DNA from: Anthoceros angustus
Lineage: Eukaryota; Plantae; Anthocerotophyta
Length of the DNA stretch: 64,000 nucleotides
Direction of reading: 5' to 3'
Assembly: GCA_010909165.1 (NCBI GenBank)
Contig: MU008168.1
Coordinates: 744,001-808,000, forward strand
Shown here in pieces: positions 50,557 through 64,000 of this stretch. Both the position numbers and the translations under genes were made by a program. The notes under the pieces are model-generated. The model ran no database searches, had not been told where the DNA came from, and saw only the letters and a list, made by a program, of their open reading frames with translations. The first letter of the stretch is position 1. Each line of letters opens with the position of its first letter.

Positions 50557-52574
50557 TTAGTTAGACGGGACCTCCGTCTCCTTCTCCTTGGTGGAGTCAT
50601 TCTCGTCAAGGACAGGCTCATCGTCGTCACCATCGCTGTCGTCAATGTCGTTTAACGCTTCAACATCTTCGTCCTCGCCGTCTGAGTCAGAGTCAGTCTT
50701 TGCAGACTTCCCCTTCTCTTTGTCTTTACTGGTAGCGCTCTTCAGAAGAGCAACCTTGTCGGGAGCCAGGACCATTGACAGACTTCTCCCTTCCAGAGTC
50801 ATCTTCGCCTCCACTATGCCTACCTGCATCGGGCAGATGTGTTTGAAAGGTTCGTCATCGCTACAAATAGAGAGGCAGGACACCACGCAAGGAAAACACG
50901 AGATACGGACCTCGGCAGTGTCTTGTTGGAAACGTTGGAACAATTCAAAAGCAAGATCCTTAAACTCGAATTCCCGGCCTTTGAATTGACATACGACCTT
51001 AACCTGCAGCATATGTCACAGGCTTAGTTTTGGGGGGAAATGAATGTCAAACGCAAGGGGAAGGGGAAGGGTAAACAAGATTACCTTGTCGCCACTCCTT
51101 AAGAATCTCTGGGCCGCTCGAAGCCGGACATCATAATCATGCTTGTCAATGTTGTATCTGCAAAGAAATGCATACCCACAGGCGAAGTTAACATAAGGCA
51201 GGCGTATCCTTAACCACGAATATGAATGAAGTAGGATGGTCACCTCATCTTCAGCTCCTTCAGTTCCACTCGGTTTGCTGGGCAAAGCACCACAAAATCA
51301 AGTCATGAGAACATACTTCAAGCCCTGGGCTCAAAAAGCAGGCTGTCCCACTTGCCACACAAGAGTACCTAAACTCTTCTTCTGCTGGTCCTTCTTTTTC
51401 TTCTGCTGCTCGTACCTAAACTTGCTGCACAGCCGTAAACAGCATATGATGACCGACAGTGCAGACCCATTTTTATACACGAACACAATACTGCTCAAAA
51501 CGTTACCTCGTTCAGTGAACGACAAGCAGTCAAGAACATAACGAGATGGCCTTTGAGAAAAGTGGAGCACCTGTAATCAATGATGCGTACAACAGGAGGA
51601 TCTGCATCGGGAGATATCATCACCTGTTACAACCAACGCTTACACGTTCTTCATTATCCATCCGCTAGCACAGATGATTACGCACGCCTCAACCTTCCAG
51701 CTACAAAAACATGCAAGAAAAGGACCATACCAGATCGAGCTCTGCCTCCTTCGATCTTGACATAGCTTCTTGAAGAGGCACAACACCAACCTGTATTTCA
51801 CAAAGAAACATCAGCAGCATCGCACTGCATTCGGATAACCTTTCCACGCTTCTTCCAGGTTTTGAACTGGATCCAACAGCAACTAGAGGGACAAAAACTC
51901 TCTGCGCATCAGTTTAGCAATGAGAATTCACCATGTTTTGCTTTTCGTCCAAAAGCCTGACGACTGGAGCTCTGCACAAGCAACAGGCGACTCATGAATC
52001 CGAAGGACTTTGCACTGCGACCCTGACTGTAAGCCAATCTAAAAATGTGTTGAAGCTCTCCTGATGAAACTCTCGTTCCTTGTGTTCTTCCACTTCCATC
52101 ACAGCCAAAAATTCTACGCAAGCTTGCAAGCCATTCAGAAACTGTCCAGACTCGGCCATTTTTCCAAGCTTCAACGCACCTAATGTCTCCGTTGATAAGA
52201 ACGCCATTCTTAGACGCCGGTCCATTGTCTTCCAAAGGCTTCCGAGGACTGTTTACGCGGGGCCTCCGGGCGCCAGCGGGTGGCCTGGATCCTCCAGCTC
52301 TGCCGACAACAAGCAGCTCCCGGTTGGTGCGGTGGCCATACCATGTCCTACCGGACCAGCTGCCGGTGCTGACAGCCCCGAAGCTCCCAGTCCATTCATG
52401 GCCCCCGGCCTCCCTGCAATCCGCCGCTGCCGCGCTCAGCGAACCCTGCCAGAGAGGCCGGCAGCTCAGGCACGACGGCAGAAGATCGGCCGAAGCAGAA
52501 GCCGCAGCTCCGGCACTTCGACTCGTGGGAACTGCCGTTGCAGGCGAGCAGGGCCCGGCCCTCAGCGCCGCCAT
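50557..52574 (-). CDS. Translation initiation factor IF-3, organellar (likely plastid), multi-exon
   Basis: Transit-like N-terminus; LINGDIR, ISPDADPPVVRIIDY, KFRYEQQKKKKDQQKK, YNIDKHDYDVRLRAAQRFL, VKVVCQFKGRE; acidic tail. Confidence 0.9.
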
Positions 52575-53008
52575 GGCCGCTCCTCAAGCCTCGTGTCTGC
52601 CGCTTACAGCATTCCTGGTGGATTCTGATGAGAGCTGCTGCCCTGGAAATCGTCACCGCCTTCACAGGAAGCTTATCTAGCGTTTCCCTTCGCCAGGTTA
52701 CGTACTAGATAGTCATTGGACCAGACCCTGGCCTAATACGCTCAATCCAAGCCTTTACTTCCCCAACTGATTGGTGAACAAAGTCATTCGACGCCTCAAG
52801 GCGCGGACAAAACTGAAGGTCCTACTCAGAGCTGCATGTTAGCAGAGCTAGAACTGCACCTAGACTCGGGGAGCATGTATTGCACTCCCAAGAAGCTAAT
52901 CCCGCTACAATGCTCCATCTGGAGACTGAAGTATTCCTAGAAATCAAAAACGAAGTTACTATGGGCTGCTGAGGTTCTCTTCGCTGGGAGCAACTACCAT
53001 GAGGCCCA

Positions 53009-54637
53009 TCACTCTTGACGCTTCTTCGTCTTGTTCTTCTTCTTCACACCTTGATGATCCTTCAAGGGATCCTTGCTATCCTGATCAGCAGTCCCATTGC
53101 CACGCTCTTTTCGCTTCTTCGATGTCTTGCCCTTTTCTTTCTTCCCACTATTCACTGCGAGATCAACACCTAGTGATCGCAAATCTTTTTCCGTCTTACT
53201 GGTCTTCACTTTTCCAGCCTTGCTCTGCTGCTCTGGCTTCAGGTCTCCGAGGCTACCACTGCTTTCTTTGATTGCCTTGTCGGCCTCCCCATCTTCCGTG
53301 TCATTTTCCACTTTCGAAGTCTTTTTCTTCTTCTTTCCACCTTGTCCTTTCTCCCCACTTCCATCTTGCTCCTTACTGGTCTTCACTTCATCGGCCTTGC
53401 TCTGTTGCTCTGCCTCCTCGTTTCCGAAGCTATTACTGCCGTTTTTGAATGCCTTGTCCGCCAACCCGTCTTCTCTGTCATTTTCTACTTTCAACGTCTT
53501 TCTCTTTTTCTTCTTCTGTCCACCTAGAACGGGGTCCTTCAACAGATCCTTGCCATTCTGATCATCAGTCCCATTGCCCTGCTCTTTCCGCTTCTTTGAT
53601 GTCCTGCCCGTTTCTTTCTTCCCACCATTCTCTGTGAGATCAACACCTGTCGATTGCAAATCATTTTTCTTCTTACTGGTCTCGGCTTTTTCAGCCTTGC
53701 TCTGTTTCTCTGCCTTCTCGTTTCCGAAGCTATTACTGCCGTCTTTGATAGCCTTGTCCGCCTCCCCATCTTCCCTGTCATTTTCTTCTTTCAGCGTCTT
53801 TCTCTTCTTCTTCCTCTTTTTCCCACTCTCCCGCTCTCCTTCAAGTGCACCTTCTATGCTCTGAAACCCTAAACTCCCAGGCACTTCAGTCGCATCCACC
53901 GCAGAAGGATTGGCCACTGTGCTCTGCTCCGCTGGATCCTTGGAGGCTGCAACCTTAGAGGCTGCAACCTCCACGGTCTTCCCAACAGCAGCCTTAACTT
54001 TCTTGACATGTTTCTTCCCTTGAGAATGCAATGCTAGAGTTTCTTCGCTCGATGCTTTCACGTTGCACACACTGCAACGAAGCAAAACAACGTCACCACG
54101 ACGAACACACGCTCCAGAGTACGTCCCCTACACTGTAAGTAAGAACACGAGAACATCGAACACTCACCTGCAAGACCATGGTGGCCGGGTGGACAAACCA
54201 TACTTCAAATCCAACTCCCCTGAACTTCTCATAGCTCCAAACTTCGGTTTCTGTCCAGACGCATCGGGCACACCTTTGGGACCATACTTCTCCTGAAAGG
54301 GGCCACGGAACTCAATAGGTCGGCACGCCCTTGAGCTTCAATTCCTCCAAAGCATGAAGTCCGATACCTACCGCTTCGGTAACGCATGAAGTGTGAAGCT
54401 GGACACTCTGACGATCGAAGATCACTCCACAGTCGATGCAGGAAAGCTGCCAGTCCACACGATCCCCGGTCAGACAGAATGCATCGCCATCCGAAATCAC
54501 ATCACACACGATCTCATCGACGCCTCCCGAGCTGGAGAACGAACACTCGCCTTCCTAGCAGCGCAGCACCGGAAATGGTTCGAAAGCTTCGGCTTCTTCA
54601 AATTCTCTCCACAGTCTTCGCACTGAAACCACACCAT
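53009..54637 (-). CDS. LYAR-type C2HC zinc-finger nucleolar protein with a U1-type finger and a Lys-rich repetitive tail
   Basis: [32 protein letters not shown]|[26 protein letters not shown]. Confidence 0.88.
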
Positions 54638-55131
54638 GGTTCCGGTAGGGCAGTCTCCCTCACCTAGGCTGTCATCACCTCACTTAGCATTCGACTCCAT
54701 CGACTCGATCCGAGCCGACGCTTCAGCGAACGATGCCGCTTCACGTCCGGGCGGCTCGAATCGTACGTCTCAGTCTCTTCTAGACTAGGGCTCGAGCAGA
54801 GAGTTCTGGAAGCGCTAACCGGGTCGTAGCGGGTTAGCTCTCACCCGGCACGTACCCGGTCCGGGTAACACGCAACGGCATAACGGCCAAATCCCCTGCC
54901 CCGGAAGCGGCTGGCTCGATCGATCCGGGCGGGTCGGGCAATGGAACCGAAGAGCGGTGCAGATGGAGTTCGGAACAAGAAGCTCGGCCGCTCCATGATC
55001 CGACGATCTTGACAAAACTCCAGCGCAGGCGCTTAGGCGCGAAGTCTCCAACACGACCTCAGCAGAATTATTCATCCCACGCGCCTGTTGTTCGTTCTTC
55101 CAGATTTTGGAATCCATCCGAGTCCGGCAAG

Positions 55132-56898
<1,767 letters not shown>

Positions 56899-57579
56899 TC
56901 CTCCCACATCCAGCAACCCTGTATGTACATAATCCGCCAGCCACTAATCAACTCTCCCCTGATCCAATTTAACTCACAGCAGGTAACTCTATCTGCGTCT
57001 AGGTCTAGGTCTAGGTTTAGGTCCGCCCGTCATTCATATCCTTCCAAGGTGGTCTACATGGGATTTATCCACCCCGTTTCCTGACCTTCTAACCGAAGCT
57101 TCATTTTCTATCGCACACTAATTTAACCTGGTGGAAACGTTACAAGCAATCTACAGTACGTCTAGCACATTCTTTCGTTGCCATTCCGATTGCCGTTGCT
57201 GTCAAGTCCAGTGCAGCTCTTTTCTCACTCGACTCGACATGCATACAGATAGAGCAGGCTGCTTCAACTTCTTCCTACCTACCGCGTGAAGTGGGTCTGC
57301 CCTAGGGCGACAACGTGTGGTAACTGGCTACATTCTGGATGAAAAAGCTCGCGAAACGCGGGAGTGTGGCGTCACGATACTTCGCTGTGTGGTGTTGCCG
57401 GGATAGTGTGCTCAGCTGGGAGCAGGAGGAGATGGATGCGCAACGGAAACCCTGACACATCGCGGTCGCGGGAGCGGAGCGGAGCAGATCCGGGTGTCTT
57501 GGCAGCGCGGCCTGCGGTCGCTGGGGGTCTCCGCTTCCCCTGTCTCGTCTCCTAGGGGCGGAGGGGTTGCGGCCGTGCC

Positions 57580-60519
57580 ATGCCGGCCATGGCCAACCCG
57601 GAGGTGTTTGATCTCTACTTCCGGCGGGCCGATTTGAATGGAGATGGCCAGATCAGCGGCAATGAGGCCGTGGCATTCTTCCAGGGAGCCAATCTGCCGC
57701 AGGCGACGCTGGCCAAGATTTGGCAATTTGCGGACCAGGGACAGCGGGGGTTTCTGTCCAGGCCGGAATTCTACAATGCTCTCAAGCTCGTCACGGTGGC
57801 TCAGACCGGGCGGGAGCTCTCGTACGAAATTGTGCGTGCGGCTCTGGCCGGACCTGCAGCAGCGCAGATTCCTCCTCCGAAGATAGCCGCTCCCGGCGGT
57901 GTTGCAGGTGGCTTGGCTTCCCAGCCTCAGTCTCAGCCGCAGCCGCAGCCGCAGCCGCAGAGTTATGGTGCGAGTCCTTTGCCTGGTTTTTCTGCACGTC
58001 CTGTGCCTCTGACTCCTCCTCCGGGGCAGGTGAGGATAGGGACCGGGGGGCTGGGGCCAGATGGCACTCGTCCCTCAGGCCCTGGCACTTTTGGAACAGG
58101 TTCCGGTTTTCCGATGTTTACAACAGAGAATCGGCCTGGATCTTTCGGAGCTGACTCTTGGCCGAAGCCATCGGCTCCGGCCCCGGCACCGGCATCGGCC
58201 CCGGCTCCGGGGCCTGTATCTGCAGCGGCTGGCCAACTCCCGAGTCCGAGAGGCAGTGTGAATACTCTCCAGGGGAAGCCAGCAGCTTCTGCCGCTCCTG
58301 CTTTGGATGCGTTTGGTGCATTTTCCGGGGCAGGGTTCAAGGTGACTCCGACCAGCAGCAGCGCATCCTCCGATGCGTCACTTGGATTGGATGCTCTGAG
58401 CACGAGTTCTGTGAAGCCTGCGACAGCACCTGTGCAGCAGAAGCCTCAGGCGAGCAGCACTGCAGCTGTTTTTGGGGAGTCTACCTTTCAGGCGGAAGCT
58501 GGCCTTGCTCTTGTTCCCACTACGCCAGCGGTTACTCAGGCCGGGTCTGGTACTGTAGCTCCGACTCTTGTGGCAAGGCCTCCTGAGGTTAGCTCTGCTC
58601 TTGCAACGGCGGGTCCTCCTCCCACGTCTGCTGCCCCTTGGCCGAAGATGACTCAGGCTGATAAGCAGCGGTACTCTAAGGTGTTTGATGTGGTGGATAG
58701 GGACAAGGATGGGAAGATATCTGGTACAGAGGCTCGAGACCTTTTCCTCAGCTGGCAGCTGCCTAGGGAGGTGTTGAAGCAGGTATGGGACTTGTCAGAC
58801 CAGGATGGAGATAGTATGCTGTCGCTCAGAGAGTTCTGTACCGCTCTGTATCTTATGGATCGGTGGAGGGAGGGTCGGCCTCTTCCACCCGTTCTGCCTC
58901 CTGGCTTTCATTTGGACGAACCGGCCACTGATGAGTGGCAATCTATAGCAGCTAAACGTGTTGCTGAGGCACAGGAGGTGATGTCTCAGCAATCAGGAGG
59001 GTATAACGTGGCGCTTTGGCAGCGGGCTCCAGGCCTTGTTCAGCCTCAGGTACCTGTTGGGCCTGAGCAGCGGGGTCCAGGCTTTGTCCAGCCTCAGATG
59101 CAGCGTCCAGTGGTGGCTCCAGAGGCTGACAAAGCAGGGGCGTTCAAGTCGAAGCTTCCGGTTCTGGAGCCACATTTAGTTGCCCAGTTGCACAAAGATG
59201 AGCAGGAGGCACTCAAGTCGAAGCATCAGGAGGCGGAAGCTGCAGAGAAGAAGGCCTATGAGATGGACAGGGACATCATGGATTCCAAGGAGAAGATGGA
59301 GTTTTACAAGACCAAGCTGCAGGAGATCATACTTTTCAAGACTCGGTGTGACAACCGGCTGGCAGAAACTGTGGAGAGATCTGCGTCAGACAAGCGGGAG
59401 GTTGAGGCTTTGTCTAAAAAGTATGACGAGAAATTTAAGCAAAGTGGAGAGTCTAACTCTCGTTTGCTAGCAGAAGAGGCTGCATTTCGAGATCTACAAC
59501 AGAGAAAGATGGATCTGTACCATGCCATTGCAAAGATGGACGAGGGTGGGGATGGGAATGTCCTACTGCAGAAGCAGGCAGATCGCATCTCACAGGATTT
59601 GGATGAATTGAGAAAAGCTCTCAATGAGCGTGCCAAACGCCTTGGTCTCAAAGTGAAAGCGTCTGTGGCTACGGAGCCACCATTTGGATGGCAACCTGGC
59701 CTTCAGGAGACAGCGGCTGAGTGGGATGAGGACTGGGATAAATTTGACGATGAGGGTTTTACACCTGTGGATGAAGCCCCAAGCCAGGAACCAGCTGACA
59801 AGATTGAGGAGAACCATGTAATTCCTCCTGTTTCAGCTGCGACCAATGTAAGCGCACCTATTAGCTGGGATGATGGCACCTTCTTCGACGATGGGTTTGA
59901 GTTCCCTTCTGATTCAAAGTTGCCAGAGAATGGTGCGCACATTGCTGCTTCTGAGAAATTATCATCAACTGGTGGGTCTTTCAGAGCTGAAAGTGAGGAG
60001 GGATCTCCAAAAAGTGTAGCTGAGAGCACTCTCTTTTCTCACAGACATCAGTTTGACCCAGAGCCTGTTGAGAAGGAGGTTGTGGGGCCTCCCACTCTGA
60101 GATCCTTCGATGCTTTTGGTGACGCTCCTCTGGACATCAGATCTACGGATATTTCAAGTCCAGGCAGGGGTGACCATGGCAATGGACATTCCTTGGCAGA
60201 TGATTTTGCTGGATCTTTCACGTCATTTGCTTCTTCAAAAGATGAGAGCGACTTCTTCAACAGTTCTGCCGGTGGTACTTTTGGAACTTCTCTATTCACA
60301 GAGAGCCCTGCGCACGTCAAGACATATGCCCGCACGGATACCAGCCGTGAGACTTTCATGCGCTTCGATTCATTCAGCAGCGTGAAAGACACTCCTCGCC
60401 AGAAGTTTGGATCTTTTGATGATGATCCCTTCGCGGGAACAGGGCCATTTGGTGCAACTGCTGGGCAAGCTCAAGGAGGACAGACAACCAAACCATCATT
60501 TGATTGGAGTGCGTTTTAG
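57580..60519 (+). CDS. EH-domain protein (Eps15/Pan1-like, AtEH/Pan1 type), single exon, 979 aa
   Basis: Two EH domains (FRRADLNGDGQISG..LAKIW; WPKMT..VDRDKDGKISG..LKQVWDLSDQDGDSMLSLREFC), a coiled coil, PFGWQPGLQE.A.EWDEDWDKF, DPF and the WSAF terminus. Confidence 0.93.
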   Translation: MPAMANPEVFDLYFRRADLNGDGQISGNEAVAFFQGANLPQATLAKIWQFADQGQRGFLSRPEFYNALKLVTVAQTGRELSYEIVRAALAGPAAAQIPPPKIAAPGGVAGGLASQPQSQPQPQPQPQSYGASPLPGFSARPVPLTPPPGQVRIGTGGLGPDGTRPSGPGTFGTGSGFPMFTTENRPGSFGADSWPKPSAPAPAPASAPAPGPVSAAAGQLPSPRGSVNTLQGKPAASAAPALDAFGAFSGAGFKVTPTSSSASSDASLGLDALSTSSVKPATAPVQQKPQASSTAAVFGESTFQAEAGLALVPTTPAVTQAGSGTVAPTLVARPPEVSSALATAGPPPTSAAPWPKMTQADKQRYSKVFDVVDRDKDGKISGTEARDLFLSWQLPREVLKQVWDLSDQDGDSMLSLREFCTALYLMDRWREGRPLPPVLPPGFHLDEPATDEWQSIAAKRVAEAQEVMSQQSGGYNVALWQRAPGLVQPQVPVGPEQRGPGFVQPQMQRPVVAPEADKAGAFKSKLPVLEPHLVAQLHKDEQEALKSKHQEAEAAEKKAYEMDRDIMDSKEKMEFYKTKLQEIILFKTRCDNRLAETVERSASDKREVEALSKKYDEKFKQSGESNSRLLAEEAAFRDLQQRKMDLYHAIAKMDEGGDGNVLLQKQADRISQDLDELRKALNERAKRLGLKVKASVATEPPFGWQPGLQETAAEWDEDWDKFDDEGFTPVDEAPSQEPADKIEENHVIPPVSAATNVSAPISWDDGTFFDDGFEFPSDSKLPENGAHIAASEKLSSTGGSFRAESEEGSPKSVAESTLFSHRHQFDPEPVEKEVVGPPTLRSFDAFGDAPLDIRSTDISSPGRGDHGNGHSLADDFAGSFTSFASSKDESDFFNSSAGGTFGTSLFTESPAHVKTYARTDTSRETFMRFDSFSSVKDTPRQKFGSFDDDPFAGTGPFGATAGQAQGGQTTKPSFDWSAF

Positions 60520-61197
60520 CGGACCACGTACAAAGTGATGCTTTGTTGATATGGCATCTGTTCCTCAGCTTTCTATCATGCCTCCAGTGGCCTTGTTGAA
60601 AGGTAGGGTGGCAAGTAGGAAGCTACATATATTCCATGCTAGTCATACGTTCTTTCCGGCACACGAATCCTGCAAGGTTATCGTTGTTGACAATGTCTGG
60701 ACAGAATGGCTATGGCTCTGCCTACAGCCCAGGAGTATATCTGCGTTGGAGAAGGGCTCTATTGGTTAGGTAGAGGTAAGGGTCGAGTAATCATTCTGCA
60801 CTGCTGGTTATGTTGTTTTTCTTACGGAGTACACAACCATCCACATTGGTGGTGAAGGAGGTGCACCATTGCCTTTTCTGCGAGGGTTTTCTCTTGGTTC
60901 ATGCTATTTGCTGCGCTGAGGACCTCTTTCACAGCTATAGCTCGTCCTCCGACGGATCCCCGAGCCTCCCTGACAGGTGAAGGAGTCGATCTCTGTGCTG
61001 TATATCATTATATTGCCGGCTCCGAGCCATCTGTTCAAGAATGAAAAACCGGTGCTACGGATTTCTGTCCCGTCTTTAACCTTTGTTCATGGACGTTTTA
61101 CAGGTGCTCAGTACCCTCCCTTTTTGAAAATAAATACCTAGTCTAATGCGGCACAGACTTTGTAGCCTGGTTGCTGATATCAAAAATGTCAGGGTCG

Positions 61198-62580
61198 TCA
61201 GAAGTCTTCTTCATCGTCTCTTGCCCTACTCAATTTGAGTGCATCGTACTTTTCGAACAATCGCAGTTGCTCATCCACTTTCTTGGGCAGCACCAACTGG
61301 GCTTGCGCTCCACCGTTGTCGAAGTAGTTGCGCAGCAACATCTGTGACAACGAGAGAGCGTTGAAGCGAGTTGTGGACATTTGATAACAGTACAAAGCCA
61401 CGCTGTCCATGTGGTCTGGTAAGGGCACTAACCATTGCAGCATAGGCATCCAGAAAGTTCTTCCGTGAGCTCTTCTTGGAACCACTACGAGCAGGAAAGC
61501 ACTCTCTTTCAGCACATCGCTAGCCAACCATGCAGCTAACCATGCAGTAAGACAATGCGATTCTAGCAGCTGGCAGGACGTGAAAGAAGCATACTAGTCT
61601 ATCATGTACTCCATCGCATCCTGAGATGTTCCATATTCCTCATACAAGTACACCCGGCATCCTCTGCAAGAATCACACAGCGACATGCATCAAGAAAGCT
61701 CCATCTAACACAGCTGATGGAATTCCATCCTGACAATACATTCTCTGACCTGATCTGACCTGTCAGCAGCGTGCTGAGCTAGCCTCCCAGCAAAGGATCG
61801 AGTTTTGTTGGACTGGATCGTTTCCTTCCCATCCCAGGATCTGGGCAGCCCAACGATGAACTCATCAGCTCTCTGCAGAAACCATAAACCAACCGTGAAC
61901 TCATCAGCTCTCAGCAGAGGCCAAAAACCAAGGGTGCAATCTGGTGTCAGCAGCTTCAGAGTTGATGGGCACCATCCCGACCCTCCTGGCAAGGACAGAC
62001 TGCGTACAAACAGAACTTCACCTGCTTACTCGCCACGTCCAGTAAATGTGCTAACAGTTTGTCTCCCCGCAGCTGGGTCACCTGCAACGATCACCCACAG
62101 TGGAATTTACTTCACGATCCACATACAAGTCCCACATGAAAGAGGCACAACACGACGGGAAGGATGTTGCTTCAGAAACTTACAGACAAGGGAGACGGAG
62201 CGAAGCCCCTGAAGCTGATAGCAATACCTGTTCTGCTATCCCCAAAATCAACACCAACGCTGTGCTGCATTACGGTCGCCCCTTGCTCTCTGACAATCCT
62301 GGCGTTGGGTAGGAGCTTCTCTGCTGTGAGTTTCAAGTTGGCCCTCAACTCTGCCGTGTCCACTGGACTGCCCTTGGGTTCATCGCTGGAGTCTGAATTC
62401 AACTTCTGACCGACACAGCACCACGTCCTGCCACAAGAAAAAAAGGTTACAGACAGACTCCAAACATCCCCAGCAAATGATGGTTCTCGAGCCCGACGCT
62501 GACCTCTGAGACGGTGAGGCTGCTGGATAGCTCCTCGGGCGGAAATTGAAGCCAGGCCTTAAGTGCAGCGTAGCTGCCAT
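61198..62580 (-). CDS. YqgF/RNase H-fold putative pre-16S rRNA nuclease (Holliday-junction-resolvase-like), organellar, multi-exon
   Basis: SVGVDFGDSRTGIAIS..FAPSPL, DEFIVGLPRSWDGKET.QSNKTRSFAGRLA, VYLYEEYGTS, LDAYAAM|MLLRNYF. Confidence 0.87.
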
Positions 62581-62786
62581 TGCTGCCCACAACCTCCTAA
62601 GATTGGATGATCATGGATCCTGCCTGATGCTCCGGCCAGTGCATGATGTTCATCTGTTACTGCTAGGACAGAACAGTCCTCAAGCGTCGTAAGTGTCCAA
62701 GCGTGTCCTGGTTAAGTGTGGTCTGCTGTCGATTAAGGTTATGATGCAACTTGTCTGTCGGAGTGTTGCCGCCCTGCGAAAAGGGC

Positions 62787-64000
62787 ATGGCATCGGTACC
62801 TCGTCATCCTGCTTCGCAATTCTCGACAGTGGGAAGGAAAAGTAGAAGCAGCAGCAGCAACAAGCTGGTTGTGGGTTGCTATGCACCATGTCGGAGGAGC
62901 TGTGACAAATTTTGTGGCTCGGCTGCGATTACTTGGGTTCGAGCTGTGAGCTGGCGATTCCGACATGCTCCGACGACGCTGGCAACGTTGAGGAACAGTG
63001 TGAGTGTGTAGTGTAACTACCGGTGTAGCAACTGGGTTCAGCTCTTCCAGCCATTGTGCCAACTTCGACGTGCTCCGTGTTCAGGTGGCACAGGAAGATC
63101 GGGGTCTTAAGAGTCCACCAGTTCTCCTGCAGCTCAGGTTTAACTCAACTCTTCTCTCTGGGTTGGCTCTCCTAAACCAGCTGTAGTTTGTCTGATTGCA
63201 ACACCTGAAGTCAAGATCTATGCCTGATGTTGTAGCACGATGGAGGAAGCCTATGATCAGCTTGCAGAGCGATTACTCTCAGCAGCAGAAAGGACACCTT
63301 CCAATTCCAAGTGAGATATTGCCATGAAGGCATGACTGTGGGTGCATCCAACCGGACATCCCCTTCATGAACAGCCCCAAGTTTTTTTCTGTTGGAAAGT
63401 AGGTGAGACAGAGCTTCCGGGTCAGAGGTCTGGACCATGTTGTTGACCGATCCTCTACAGATATGTGGTCGGGCTTGCAGGGCCACCAGGGGCTGGAAAA
63501 TCTACTGTGGCAAATGAGGTAGTCACCCGTTTAAATGCAATGTGGCGCCAAAGGAAACTCAACCAGGATGGGGCTATTGACGACCTTGCCGTTGCTCTTC
63601 CTATGGATGGGTTTCACCTGTACAGGCGGCAGCTGGACGCAATGAAGGTATGTGGAACTGCTTTTCTCTTGAGCACCATAACAATCCGCTGGCCACCTGG
63701 CTGCATACTCACTTTCCTTTTGCAGTTTTGGGTACGCAGTTTTTCTTAATTCCTCGATCTGTGCAGGATCCTGCTGCAGCACATGCTCGAAGAGGAGGTG
63801 AGTTTCGTGGATCTCCTCTTTCTTTCCTGCATCCTTAAGCTTTGTTTGGTTGTGCAGCTAACTGACTCATTCGACTACTTTCCAGCTCCTTGGACTTTCG
63901 ACCCAGCAAACCTATTGCAGGGCCTCGTCGATCTTCGCATTCAGGTTTGTAAACTAGTTTCGGATACGATATGCAAGTGCTACCTCCATTTAACCTATTC
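62787..64000 (+). CDS. Uridine kinase/phosphoribulokinase-like P-loop protein (YggC-like), 3' end outside the window
   Basis: MEEAYDQLAERLL, VVGLAGPPGAGKST (Walker A), LPMDGFHLYR, AHARRG|APWTFDP; putative transit-peptide start at 62787 is uncertain. Confidence 0.85.

Noticed and set aside
51203-51214. GTATCCTTAAC, resembling a U12 intron signal
   Set aside because: It is on the strand opposite the IF3 gene and has no matching plus-strand gene.
61198-64000. Bacterial operon remnant or HGT (YqgF-like plus YggC-like)
   Set aside because: Both genes are intron-containing, plant-type and have transit-like peptides, and they are divergently oriented.

Overview
Gene-dense eukaryotic nuclear DNA from a non-seed land plant, with short (mostly ~80-150 nt) GT-AG introns. 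A hornwort is the best inference, because a DYW:KP-type PPR editing-factor remnant occurs together with a very compact gene layout. An AT-rich, repeat-containing first ~3.7 kb is followed by 18 protein-coding genes: SNRNP40, a ZNF330/NOA36 homologue, a TyrP-family permease, CAND1, an LPP/PAP2 phosphatase, a PLS-DYW PPR protein, a dienelactone hydrolase, an F-box protein, LPEAT2, a GT92 glycosyltransferase, SKI3, PSMG2, an organellar IF3, a LYAR-type zinc finger, alpha-tubulin, an EH/Pan1-like protein, a YqgF-like nuclease and a partial uridine-kinase-like P-loop protein. There is also one tRNA-Arg(CCG), one PPR-DYW:KP pseudogene and several local repeats. The most notable items are: (1) a decayed DYW:KP (U-to-C editing type) gene ~3 kb from an intact PPR whose DYW domain mixes features (HAE catalytic motif, degenerate PG box, DLW end); (2) an animal-like NOA36/ZNF330 gene; (3) a duplicated, spliceable terminal exon in PSMG2; (4) an LPP lacking the motif-3 Arg; (5) a divergent alpha-tubulin with changes at dinitroaniline-pocket positions; (6) an intronless EH/Pan1 gene. 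Gene identities come from my recognition of motifs, not from database searches, and exon boundaries were read by eye.
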